Shown: positions 8,688 through 17,057 of the stretch, one piece after another
Layout of the letters: each line of letters opens with the position of its first letter
How positions within the stretch are numbered: the first letter of the stretch is position 1
Source of the DNA: a virus
Virus genome (UHGV): UHGV-0126501
Reading direction: 5' to 3' (one strand)
DNA length: 46,221 nucleotides
Notes under the pieces: model-generated
The model's database searches: none
What the model saw: the letters and a program-made list of their open reading frames with translations, nothing else
What the model was told of the DNA's origin: nothing
Made by a program: the position numbers and the translations under genes

Positions 8688-9797
8688 ATGCGTGATTACG
8701 CAAAAGTTTCTCCGCGATTCTGGCTGGGAGAAACGGGGAGAGAACTTAGAAAGGCGGGTGCAGAAGCGCAAGTTGTTGCTTTTTACCTGATGACATCCCC
8801 TCACGCAAATATGCTGGGTTTGTATTACCTGCCAGTTTTATACCTTGCTCATGAAACCGGGCTTGGTCTGGAAGGGGCTTCAAAGGGGCTTAAAAGGGCT
8901 GTTGAAGCTGGTTTTTGTAGCTATGACCATGATGCCGAGATGGTCTGGGTCCATGAAATGGCAGCCTGGCAGGTTGGGGAAACGTTGAAGCCTGGCGATA
9001 ACCGTTGTGCAGGTGTCAGGAATGAGTATGCATCATTACCTGAAAACGCTTTTCTGTCAGCGTTTTACGACAGATATAAAACGGATTTCCATCTGGATGT
9101 GAGGCGGAATAATAGCCGAAATTCGGTAAGGGGCTTCGAAGGGGCTTTTAAGGGGCTTCGAAGCCAAGAACAGGAGCAGGAGAAAGAACAGGAACAGGAC
9201 AAAAACACTATGGTTCATGGCGAAAAAAACACCATGAACCAGGCAGGGGATGTTCAGACCGTAAATTCTGGTCAGCCAGCAGGCACGACACCGGAAGCCG
9301 ATTCGGCGTATGCGCTGAAAGCCGATTCGGGCGCTGTGCAGCAGGCGATGACCGCAGGGTCGGAGCAATCACACCAACTGCAGCAGCCTGAAGCCGATTC
9401 CGCCATTCAGCGGGAAGCCGATCGGGTAGTCCCGGAAAACACCGGGCGGCCTGTGGGACGAGTGGATTATCCGGATGCGTTCGAACAGGTCTGGCGGGAA
9501 TACCCGTTGCGTGCCGGGGCAAACCCGAAGAAATCCGCATTCAGTGCCTGGAAGGCCAGATTGCGCGAGGGGGTGCCACCAGAGGCCATGCTGGATGGTG
9601 TGATGCGTTACGCGAGATACCTAGCGGCGACCGGGAAAGCGGGAACGGAATTTGTTCAGCGAGCGACGACGTTTTTTGGACCGGACCGGAATTTTGAAAA
9701 CCCCTGGTTGCTCCCGGTAAGCGGCACGAACAACCAGCGTTGTGTGAATCATATTTCTGAACCGGACACCGAAATTCCGCCTGGGTTCAGGGGGTGA
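8688..9797 (+). CDS. Putative replication initiation protein (O-like / DUF1376-type N-terminus, DnaT-like C-terminus)
   Basis: ATG at 8688 with GAGGT SD; position of a replication gene in a lambdoid early right operon; contains two clusters of 11-bp-spaced direct repeats and a QE-rich linker. Confidence 0.55.
   Translation: MRDYAKVSPRFWLGETGRELRKAGAEAQVVAFYLMTSPHANMLGLYYLPVLYLAHETGLGLEGASKGLKRAVEAGFCSYDHDAEMVWVHEMAAWQVGETLKPGDNRCAGVRNEYASLPENAFLSAFYDRYKTDFHLDVRRNNSRNSVRGFEGAFKGLRSQEQEQEKEQEQDKNTMVHGEKNTMNQAGDVQTVNSGQPAGTTPEADSAYALKADSGAVQQAMTAGSEQSHQLQQPEADSAIQREADRVVPENTGRPVGRVDYPDAFEQVWREYPLRAGANPKKSAFSAWKARLREGVPPEAMLDGVMRYARYLAATGKAGTEFVQRATTFFGPDRNFENPWLLPVSGTNNQRCVNHISEPDTEIPPGFRG
8870..8900. 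repeat. Iteron-like direct repeats, cluster 1 (AAGGGGCTT x3 at 11-bp spacing)
   Basis: AAGGGGCTT at 8872 and 8883, AAGGGCT at 8894. Confidence 0.5.
9128..9165. repeat. Iteron-like direct repeats, cluster 2 (AAGGGGCTT x3 at 11-bp spacing), followed by an A-rich stretch; candidate ori
   Basis: AAGGGGCTT at 9128, 9139 and 9150, inside the replication gene as for lambda ori within O. Confidence 0.5.
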
Positions 9798-9837
9798 GTG
9801 TTTATTTCAGGTCATGAGATAATTTTCAGGAGGAGTT

Positions 9838-10260
9838 GTGGCAAAAGTATTTACACAGGAAGAGCGAGAAAAAATTAAAGGGCAGATTGTTGATCTCGTA
9901 CGCCAGAGCGGGCGAGAGACGTTACGACAACTGGAAGCTAAAACTGGGGCAACAAGATATCTGATGAGCGTTCTGGCCAGAGAACTGGTAGCCAGTGGCG
10001 ATGTATACAACTCCGGCTACGGGTTATTCCCGTCTGAACAGGCCCGTAAGGACTGGCAAAACGCCCGCAAAAAACTCTCAAGGGCAAAGGTGAAGAAAAC
10101 GGCTGTGGTTGATCCGGACCTTATCAGGTCATTACCTGACGGAGAAATACGCCGCTACGACAGGCGTCAGAACATAATCTGTCGCGAGTGCCGGAAGAGT
10201 GAGGTTATGCAGCGAGTGCTGGCGTTCTATCGGGGTAATTTTCAGGAGGTGATGGCGTGA
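9838..10260 (+). CDS. Hypothetical protein
   Basis: GTG start with AGGAGG SD; 140 aa. Confidence 0.45.
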   Translation: MAKVFTQEEREKIKGQIVDLVRQSGRETLRQLEAKTGATRYLMSVLARELVASGDVYNSGYGLFPSEQARKDWQNARKKLSRAKVKKTAVVDPDLIRSLPDGEIRRYDRRQNIICRECRKSEVMQRVLAFYRGNFQEVMA

Positions 10261-10562
10261 GGGTGAGAGTTTATATTGCCGGTCCAATGACCGGATATAA
10301 AAATTTCAACCGTGAGGCGTTCCACAAGGCGGAAGAGGAACTGAAACGGGAAGGGCATACAGTCTTAAACCCGGCAGTACTTCCGGACGGGCTGACACAG
10401 CCGCACTACATGGATATTTGCATGGCAATGATACGCTGCGTGGATGCGATTTACATGCTGAAAGGCTGGCAGCGGTCGGCAGGCGCTAAGGCAGAACTGG
10501 CACTGGCGGAGAAGCTGGGGCATGCAGTTATTTTCCAGGAGGCAACCAGTGAGCAAGATTGA
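10257..10562 (+). CDS. DUF4406-like protein (nucleoside 2-deoxyribosyltransferase-like fold)
   Basis: 101 aa; motif RVYIAGPMTGYKNFNREAFHKAEEELKREGHTVLNP typical of this phage-associated family; overlaps the previous stop (GTGA). Confidence 0.6.
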   Translation: MRVRVYIAGPMTGYKNFNREAFHKAEEELKREGHTVLNPAVLPDGLTQPHYMDICMAMIRCVDAIYMLKGWQRSAGAKAELALAEKLGHAVIFQEATSEQD

Positions 10563-10746
10563 CTACCAGGAATTGATGGCGACACTGTGACGATTAAGGA
10601 AGCGACTGATGCGCTGCTGCACTGTGCGGAACAGCTTCGTGCTCCAGAATAATTAAATTTAGCACTGTAAATAAAATTTAATCCTTAACCGGAGGGATTT
10701 CTGCACCCTCAGAACATCAGGAGGCCGCCCGAAAGGGCGGTAATGA

Positions 10747-10965
10747 ATGGTCACATTATTCAGAAAAAAATATCCACGAAAGAGTAGAACAACAGAATTT
10801 TTGTTTCTCATTCTGTTTATCGTGTTGATGATACCGATATCCCCGCTAATTTTTGTCTGGGCAATCGGGAAAATAATTGAGCCAGTTATTGAATTGTATA
10901 ACGACGTGGTATGGGCGTCGTTCAATACACTGCACAATAAAATTAATCCATATAAGGAAAACTGA
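10747..10965 (+). CDS. Small AT-rich membrane protein (moron-like)
   Basis: 72 aa with a strongly hydrophobic core (FLFLILFIVLMIPISPLIFVWAIG); low GC; stop 1 nt before the HNH start. Confidence 0.35.
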   Translation: MVTLFRKKYPRKSRTTEFLFLILFIVLMIPISPLIFVWAIGKIIEPVIELYNDVVWASFNTLHNKINPYKEN

Positions 10966-10966
10966 A

Positions 10967-11332
10967 ATGGCACTGACGAAAAAACAACGTGCAGAACTGC
11001 GCATGAAGTTCGGTGGTCGCTGCGCTTATTGCGGCTGCGAACTTGGCGAAAAGTGGCATGCAGATCATGTAAAACCGGTCATTCGTTTTGATGGAAATAT
11101 GCTTCACCAGGATCGTGACGATATATCCAACATGGTTCCGGCATGCCACCCATGCAATCTGCACAAGCATTGCAGTAGCCTGGAAGATTATCGGCGAATT
11201 ATCAGTGATGGTCGTCGTGAATTCCTTGCGTCCGGGAAAGGCAAAGCGCTGGTTCGTATGGGATTGGTTGAAATGAAATCTGACCCGGTTGTGTTCTGGT
11301 TTGAAAAATATCAAGAAGGGGCTACGGCATGA
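10967..11332 (+). CDS. HNH endonuclease
   Basis: C-x2-C ... HADH ... C-x2-C-NLHKH pattern (CAYCGCELGEKWHADHVKP...PACHPCNLHKH); ATG preceded by AAGGA. Confidence 0.8.
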   Translation: MALTKKQRAELRMKFGGRCAYCGCELGEKWHADHVKPVIRFDGNMLHQDRDDISNMVPACHPCNLHKHCSSLEDYRRIISDGRREFLASGKGKALVRMGLVEMKSDPVVFWFEKYQEGATA

Positions 11333-12333
11333 CCACTTTTACCAATAGCAAACTAACAGACGAATACGTTTCAAATGCAACGTTGATTCGGCTCATTCTG
11401 TGGGCTGACCAGCACAATAGTCATTATGTTGCAGCGGCTCTGCGCGAGCTACAGGAGCGCCGCAAGGCTGATAGTGTGTCTGTAGAAATCAACGACGACA
11501 TGGCTTACGCATTCCATCACGCATTGTCAGATTCATCGCCAGGCGCTGATGAAGTAGAGGAAATTAAGGCCGGTTTGCGTGCTGCCTTTGCCAACGTCAC
11601 CACCCAACCAGCACCAGTAGTGCCGGAATTTGAAACATGGTTTAACAGCCAGGAGTCAGGGAGGAGTATATGCAGCACACAGATTCGTCGTTCCCTTCAG
11701 GAAATTTCATGGAACGCCTGCTGCGCCGCCATGCTTCAGTGTGTCGAACCTGCAAGTAATCATGAAGAGTTGTCAGAGGAGAACGGATCATCGCTTCAAT
11801 TGCGCAATTTAATCCGGCAGCGCCATGCTGAATGGTCAGATAAGACGTTTGGCTGTGTTGGTCCAGTTGGCCCGCTGAAACATCTCTCAAAAGAGGCACT
11901 GGAAGCCGCAGCCGAACCAGACGATCTTAGCGAGTGGGCTGATATGCAGTTTCTGTTGTGGGATGCACAGCGCCGTGCTGGCATCAGCGATGCTGAAATT
12001 ACCGCTGCTATGGAAGATAAATTGAAGATCAACATGGAGTGCCAGTGGCCTGAGCCAAAAGATGGTGAACCTCGCTTGCACATTAAAGAACACTGCAACT
12101 CTCCGGTAACTCCGGATGGTTGGATAAGCTGTAGTGATGCAGTTCCTGCTGAATATTGCGATGTGATTCTTCTCGATGATCTCGGGAATGTATTCCCCGG
12201 TTCCTGGGATAAGGTTTTTTGCCCCACTCGTGGCGGGAATAAGATGGCTTTTGTGGACAAAGACGGCGTCGAAGTAGAGAGCTCAACTCACTGGATGCCG
12301 CTACCGGAACCACCGCAGGAGGTGAATCAATGA
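11329..12333 (+). CDS. DUF550/DUF551-type protein (MazG-like dNTP pyrophosphohydrolase-like N-terminal part, DUF551 C-terminal part)
   Basis: Recalled family signatures: ...RQRHAEWSDKTFG... and C-terminal ...DGWISCSDAVPAEYCDVILLDDLGNVF...; common in lambdoid nin/ea regions. Confidence 0.5.
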   Translation: MTTFTNSKLTDEYVSNATLIRLILWADQHNSHYVAAALRELQERRKADSVSVEINDDMAYAFHHALSDSSPGADEVEEIKAGLRAAFANVTTQPAPVVPEFETWFNSQESGRSICSTQIRRSLQEISWNACCAAMLQCVEPASNHEELSEENGSSLQLRNLIRQRHAEWSDKTFGCVGPVGPLKHLSKEALEAAAEPDDLSEWADMQFLLWDAQRRAGISDAEITAAMEDKLKINMECQWPEPKDGEPRLHIKEHCNSPVTPDGWISCSDAVPAEYCDVILLDDLGNVFPGSWDKVFCPTRGGNKMAFVDKDGVEVESSTHWMPLPEPPQEVNQ

Positions 12334-12413
12334 CCTGGCCTGAAGCATTCACCACGGTAGGAATTGCGATGGCGGTGGCGCTGGTGGTGTATTCGATTTG
12401 CCGCTGGGGATAA
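12330..12413 (+). CDS. 27-aa hydrophobic peptide (MTWPEAFTTVGIAMAVALVVYSICRWG)
   Basis: ATG overlaps the upstream stop (ATGA); single TM-like segment; followed by an intrinsic terminator. Below the ORF-track length cutoff. Confidence 0.3.
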   Translation: MTWPEAFTTVGIAMAVALVVYSICRWG

Positions 12414-12421
12414 CAAACAAA

Positions 12422-12450
12422 AACCCCGGATTGATGGTCCGGGGTTTTTG
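12422..12450 (+). terminator. Rho-independent terminator
   Basis: CCCCGGA...TCCGGGG stem followed by TTTTT. Confidence 0.75.
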
Positions 12451-12730
12451 AAGGAAACAAAACAGAAACAACAATTGCCGTTATCTGTTGTTACCATGGC
12501 AAGTAAACGTATCTCAGGCGAGCGCATTGCGCCGTTCTGACGCAGATAAACTAGCCTGGATAGATGGTGCTGGCAATAAAAAATAGCGTTTTCTTATCGG
12601 TGTCGGTAAGATTGCTGCGGGTGCTTGAGGCTGTCTGCCTCGGGCATGCCACTGTAAGGCAGACAGAGAAAAGCCCCAGTTAACATTACGCGTCTTGCAG
12701 GACGCTTAACATTAATCTGAGGCCCAATCT

Positions 12731-12943
12731 ATGCCATACAAACATAGGTTAGCCTCTTACGTGCCGAAAGGCAAGGAGAAGCAGGCTATGAAGCAGCAAA
12801 AGGCGATGTTAATCGCCCTGATCGTCATCTGTTTAACCGTCATAGTGACGGCACTGGTAACGAGGAAAGATCTCTGCGAGGTACGAATCCGAACCGGCCA
12901 GACGGAGGTTGCTGTTTTCGTGGACTACGAATCTGAGAAGTAA
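12731..12943 (+). CDS. Mok-like in-frame N-terminal extension of Hok (modulator of killing)
   Basis: Upstream in-frame ATG gives a 70-aa product, analogous to chromosomal MokC/HokC where Mok is an N-terminally extended Hok. Confidence 0.45.
   Translation: MPYKHRLASYVPKGKEKQAMKQQKAMLIALIVICLTVIVTALVTRKDLCEVRIRTGQTEVAVFVDYESEK
12788..12943 (+). CDS. hok: Hok/Gef-family type I toxin (small membrane peptide)
   Basis: MKQQKAMLIALIVICLTVIVTALVTRKDLCEVRIRTGQTEVAVF... matches the Hok/Gef signature (TM helix, LTRKxLCE, periplasmic tail); SD AAGGAGAAG. Confidence 0.9.
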   Translation: MKQQKAMLIALIVICLTVIVTALVTRKDLCEVRIRTGQTEVAVFVDYESEK

Positions 12944-13011
12944 GAGTGACCAGGCGGGAGAGTAATCTCCCGCCACCTCTGATGTGTCGGCATCCTCAAC
13001 GCACCCGCACT

Positions 13012-13036
13012 TAACCCGCTTCGGCGGGTTTTTTCA
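13012..13036 (+). terminator. Rho-independent terminator (ACCCGC-TTCG-GCGGGT + T6)
   Basis: GC stem with UUCG tetraloop and T-run; 3' end of the hok transcript; identical element repeated at 13853-13876. Confidence 0.8.
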
Positions 13037-13154
13037 CGTACTGTGGTTGTGAATACGATTGGTATTAGGCTATGCTAACAACATTAGCCTGACTAATTTT
13101 GTATTGACTTGATTTTTTGTTAAAGAACAGGACGGAGAAGTAAGGGTACACCCA

Positions 13155-13334
13155 ATGAGCTACGCACTAAAAAAACACCCGCGATTGACTATTCCCCCTC
13201 GCGATAAAAGCGTTGTGGCAGCTCCGCGCCCGGCTATTGATGAAAATTGCACACATCGTGAGCAGGTGAAAAATGCTTTCGATTTCGGTTTTTCTCGTTA
13301 CGAGAAGGCAATGGAAGAACTTTCAAAAGTGTAA
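13155..13334 (+). CDS. Small ORF upstream of doc; candidate antitoxin
   Basis: 59-aa ORF (MSYALKKHPRLTIPPRDKSV...EELSKV) ending 18 nt before the Doc start; by position only. Below the ORF-track length cutoff. Confidence 0.35.
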   Translation: MSYALKKHPRLTIPPRDKSVVAAPRPAIDENCTHREQVKNAFDFGFSRYEKAMEELSKV

Positions 13335-13352
13335 TAATGGGTATTGTGCTCT

Positions 13353-13838
13353 ATGGCTGAGATTGTTGAAGGAGTGCACTATCTTTCGGTTGATGATCTT
13401 ACTGAAATCAATCGCCTTTTAATTGAGCTTCAAACACCAGATGAACCTGTAGGTGTGCTGAGTGTTGATAATTTAAGTTCTTCTCAGGCCCGTCCCAGCA
13501 TGGTTCGATGGTATGAACAGACTAATGACATGTTTGTACTGGCATCGGTATTGATTGAAAGTCTGATTCAGAATCATCCGTTTGCTAATGCGAACAAACG
13601 AACAGCTATGATGGCTGGTTACGTCTTCTTGTTGTTGAATGGCTATGAGTTAACAGCACCAGGCGATGAAATCGTGGAAATGGCAGAGGGACTGGCCTGC
13701 AAAACCTATACTCGAGAAGATCTCGAGAACTGGTTGTGTTATTGGTCTCGTGCGTATGACAGTCGGGAATTATGTAAAACAGGCGCAACTATTGTTTTGT
13801 ATGAAACTATCAAGCTTAAAATAGAACAGCAAAACTAA
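13353..13838 (+). CDS. Doc (death-on-curing) / Fic-family toxin
   Basis: Doc-type Fic motif HPFANANKRTA (H-x-F-x-[DN]-[AG]-N-K-R). Confidence 0.8.
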   Translation: MAEIVEGVHYLSVDDLTEINRLLIELQTPDEPVGVLSVDNLSSSQARPSMVRWYEQTNDMFVLASVLIESLIQNHPFANANKRTAMMAGYVFLLLNGYELTAPGDEIVEMAEGLACKTYTREDLENWLCYWSRAYDSRELCKTGATIVLYETIKLKIEQQN

Positions 13839-13852
13839 AGGTGCTTCCAATG

Positions 13853-13876
13853 AAAACCCGCTTCGGCGGGTTTTTT
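13853..13876 (+). terminator. Rho-independent terminator, identical copy of the one at 13012-13036
   Basis: AAAACCCGCTTCGGCGGGTTTTTT. Confidence 0.8.
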
Positions 13877-13951
13877 GTTTTACGTATTCTGGTTTACAAT
13901 CCACAGGCCAGCCTGAACAACTGGCACCTGCTGCGCCAGCAGAGAAAACCG

Positions 13952-14224
13952 ATGGCGCACAATACCAAACATCACAATTCTGATACCGACCTTGCCAGCA
14001 GGCACGGGCGGCGTTCTCATACATTCAAATATGACTGGTACCAGCATGACCCATGCACTGAAGAACAGGCCGAATGGCTGATTCAGAACTACCGCAGACG
14101 TGGCTACGAGTTTCAGAAAGATCTCAGCTTCGATCGTCGTCACTGGATAATCTCCGTCAGGCTCCCTTATTCCGAACGTCCGCCGCGTCCGTCCCGCACA
14201 TTCCAGCAACGGATCTGGAGGTAA
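13952..14224 (+). CDS. Hypothetical small basic protein
   Basis: ORF after the terminator; its last codons contain the GGAGG SD of the next gene, implying translational coupling. Confidence 0.4.
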   Translation: MAHNTKHHNSDTDLASRHGRRSHTFKYDWYQHDPCTEEQAEWLIQNYRRRGYEFQKDLSFDRRHWIISVRLPYSERPPRPSRTFQQRIWR

Positions 14225-14225
14225 C

Positions 14226-15275
14226 GTGCGGGTATTGCTTAGACCTGTTCTGGTACCGGAACTCGGGCTGGTGGTCCTTAAGCCGGGCCGTGAATCCATG
14301 CGGGTATTTCATAATCCCCGGGTGCTGGTGGAGCCGGAACCGAAAAGCATGCGCGGTCTGCCGTCCGGCATTGTCCCTGCCGTTCGCCAGCCGCTGGCGG
14401 AGGATAAATCATTACAGCCATTTTTCAGTGATGAGCGGGTGATTCGTGCTGCCGGCGGCGCTGGTGCACTGTCTGACTGGCTCCTGCGTCATGTTAAATC
14501 CTGCCAGTGGCCTCATGGTGACTATCACCACAGCGAAACCGTCATACATCGTTACGGTACCGGCGCGATGGTGTTGTGCTGGCACTGCGACAACCAGCTG
14601 CGTGACCAGACCTCCGAATCACTCGGGCAGCTTGCTCAACAAAATCTGGCAACCTGGATAATTGACGCCATCCGTCACGCAATAAATGGCGCGCAGGAGC
14701 GGGAGTTATCGCTGGCTGAATTGTACTGCTGGGCTGCTTTAAATAATGTGGTGGATGCCATAACCGAAAATATGGCGCGTCGAATCCTGAAACGTTCGGG
14801 TGAAAAAATCCTTTCCGTATACCGCGAAAGCGACATCATACCGGGAGAGCAGACAGCCACCAGCATACTGAAGCAGCGCACAAAAAATATTGTGCTATCG
14901 CTTCACGTCCACCAGCAACAGAACTCACCGCAGGAAAAGGCGGTGGTCAGCATTGCTGTTGATCCGGAGTCTCCGGAATCTTTCATGAGGCGACCTAAAC
15001 GTCGCCGTTGGATAAATGAGAAATACACTCGCTGGGTAAAGACACAGCCGTGTGCGTGTTGTGGTAAGCCAGCCGACGATCCCCATCACCTGATTGGTCA
15101 TGGTCAGGGCGGAATGGGAACAAAATCCCACGATATTTTCACGCTACCGCTGTGTCGGGAGCATCACAACGAGCTTCATGCGGATCCGCTGGCGTTCGAA
15201 GAAAAGCATGGTTCCCAGGTTGATTTAATTTTTCGTTTTCTTGATCACGCCTTTGCAACTGGCGTGCTTGGGTAA
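14226..15275 (+). CDS. DUF968-type protein with C-terminal HNH-like Cys/His motif (YdfU-like)
   Basis: GTG start 4 nt after GGAGG; C-terminal CACCGKPADDPHHLIGHGQGG...CREHHNELH. Confidence 0.6.
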   Translation: MRVLLRPVLVPELGLVVLKPGRESMRVFHNPRVLVEPEPKSMRGLPSGIVPAVRQPLAEDKSLQPFFSDERVIRAAGGAGALSDWLLRHVKSCQWPHGDYHHSETVIHRYGTGAMVLCWHCDNQLRDQTSESLGQLAQQNLATWIIDAIRHAINGAQERELSLAELYCWAALNNVVDAITENMARRILKRSGEKILSVYRESDIIPGEQTATSILKQRTKNIVLSLHVHQQQNSPQEKAVVSIAVDPESPESFMRRPKRRRWINEKYTRWVKTQPCACCGKPADDPHHLIGHGQGGMGTKSHDIFTLPLCREHHNELHADPLAFEEKHGSQVDLIFRFLDHAFATGVLG

Positions 15276-15287
15276 AAGAGGTGACTG

Positions 15288-15659
15288 ATGCTCATAGATT
15301 TGGTTTTGCCTTACCCGCCGACGGTGAACACCTACTGGCGACGTCGTGGCAGCACATATTTTGTATCAAAAGCCGGTGAGCGTTATCGCCGGGATGTGGC
15401 ACTTATTGTTCGCCAGCAGCGGTTGAAATTAAACCTGTCCGGAAGGCTGGCGATAAAGATCATTGCAGAGCCGCCGGATAAGCGCCGTCGTGACATGGAC
15501 AATATTCTGAAAGCACCACTGGATGCACTGACACATGCGGGGTTGCTTATCGACGACGAGCAGTTTGATGAAATCAATATAGTGCGCGGTAAGGTCGTTC
15601 CTGGTGGTCGGTTGGGCGTGAAGATTTGCGAAATTAGAGGTGATAGTAATGGGGCGTGA
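15288..15659 (+). CDS. rusA: RusA-family Holliday junction resolvase
   Basis: 123 aa; LPYPPTVNTYW...RRRDMDNILKAPLDALTHAGLLIDDEQF matches RusA conserved regions including the catalytic Asp cluster. Confidence 0.85.
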   Translation: MLIDLVLPYPPTVNTYWRRRGSTYFVSKAGERYRRDVALIVRQQRLKLNLSGRLAIKIIAEPPDKRRRDMDNILKAPLDALTHAGLLIDDEQFDEINIVRGKVVPGGRLGVKICEIRGDSNGA

Positions 15660-16005
15660 TATGTATGAGGTTTTAGACCGCTGGGGGGCATGGGCTGCAG
15701 CAGAAAATAGTGGTGTCGATTGGCAGTCGATAGCGGCAGGCTTCAAGGGGCTTCTACCACACGGTAAAAAGTCACGCCTCCAGTGTGATGATGATGAAGG
15801 TATTATGATAGACGGTTGTGTGGCCCGCCTGCGGAAATATAAACCAGAAGAATATGAGCTGATCATTGCCCACTTTGTTATCGGGATTTCACTGAGGACG
15901 ATTGCAAAAAGAAGAAAATGTTGTGATGGAACTATTCGCAAAGAACTTCAAACAGCTATGGGGTTCATATCAGGTGTTTTGTCGCTGTTAAGCGAAGCCC
16001 AATAG
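15649..16005 (+). CDS. Late-gene antiterminator Q-like protein (short Q family)
   Basis: Position after rusA as in DLP12/lambdoid phages; ATG at 15649 with AGAGG SD, overlapping the rusA stop; Cys-containing C-terminal half. Confidence 0.55.
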   Translation: MGRDMYEVLDRWGAWAAAENSGVDWQSIAAGFKGLLPHGKKSRLQCDDDEGIMIDGCVARLRKYKPEEYELIIAHFVIGISLRTIAKRRKCCDGTIRKELQTAMGFISGVLSLLSEAQ

Positions 16006-16017
16006 GGCTTCGCTTAA
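15988..16017. other. 13-bp perfect stem hairpin spanning the convergent stop codons of Q (+) and the C5-methyltransferase (-)
   Basis: TTAAGCGAAGCCC-AATA-GGGCTTCGCTTAA; no U-tract on either side. Confidence 0.6.
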
Positions 16018-17054
16018 ATCGACGAAATTATAGCTCTCCCAAGTGCTTCAGCCATCTTGGGAGGAACCGCATTCCCAATTTGTTTTGCTTTTGATACTAA
16101 CGACCCCGTGAAGGAATAGTCTAATGGGAATGTCTGTAATAACGCAGCCTCTCTAACTGAAATTGCTCGGTCTTGTTCAGGATGCCCGAAACGTCCATTC
16201 GAATAGCTTATACACCTAGTCGTTAAGCCACTTGCAGGTTTGTCCCATGAAAGACGTCCATAAACATCCGTATGCCCTTTATATTTCTTATGGCATTCTA
16301 AGATCAAATTCTCAGGCCAAGACTCCCTTCCTTTTCCCTCTGGGGTAGCTTTTATGCGTTTAATATTCAGTTCGGACAGCCTGGCTGCTGTGTGATCAAT
16401 TATCTCTTTATGAGTTTCACCTGCAGCTATAGGTGGTAAATTACCGATCCAATCTCTTACCGTTGCAAACGGAGTTTCTACTCCGTCATGAGTTTTGGGT
16501 GGGAGCTTAATATGTGTGTGTCTTGACGCCAGCAAAACAAAACGTTCACGGGTCTGAGGAACTCCGAACCACAAAGCAGGAACAACACCAAAATCAACGT
16601 TGTAGTTATGATGAGTTAAAACTTCAAGAAATTTCTGGAAGTTTCCGTTATTGATATCGACGTTTTGGATTCCAGGCACATTTTCTATCAGTACGAAATC
16701 AGGAACATAATAAGATACAAAACGTGCAAATTCAGTCAGGAGATCTTTCCTGGGATCGTCGTTGTTCCGTGTTTTGTTCTGTTTTGAGAATGGTTGACAT
16801 GGGGCACATCCGCAAAACAAAGTCAGGGCTTTACATTTTTTTGAGTCAGAAATTAGATGATTAATATCTTCAACATGTGTATCTTTGATATCACCATTGA
16901 TGAAATGTGCTAATGGATTGTTTTTCTTGAAGGTATTAGACGAGTCTAGATCAATATCTAAACCAAATATAATTTCCATACCCACTGCTTTTAGGCCTGC
17001 ACTAGTGCCTCCGCAGCCGGAAAAAAAATCGTATACATGTATCTTTTTAGTCAT
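16014..17054 (-). CDS. DNA (cytosine-5)-methyltransferase
   Basis: Motif I FSGCGG, motif IV PCQPFS, motif VI ENV, motif VIII QTRERF, motif X GNAVPP. Confidence 0.9.
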   Translation of the reverse strand: MTKKIHVYDFFSGCGGTSAGLKAVGMEIIFGLDIDLDSSNTFKKNNPLAHFINGDIKDTHVEDINHLISDSKKCKALTLFCGCAPCQPFSKQNKTRNNDDPRKDLLTEFARFVSYYVPDFVLIENVPGIQNVDINNGNFQKFLEVLTHHNYNVDFGVVPALWFGVPQTRERFVLLASRHTHIKLPPKTHDGVETPFATVRDWIGNLPPIAAGETHKEIIDHTAARLSELNIKRIKATPEGKGRESWPENLILECHKKYKGHTDVYGRLSWDKPASGLTTRCISYSNGRFGHPEQDRAISVREAALLQTFPLDYSFTGSLVSKAKQIGNAVPPKMAEALGRAIISSI

Positions 17055-17057
17055 TAT

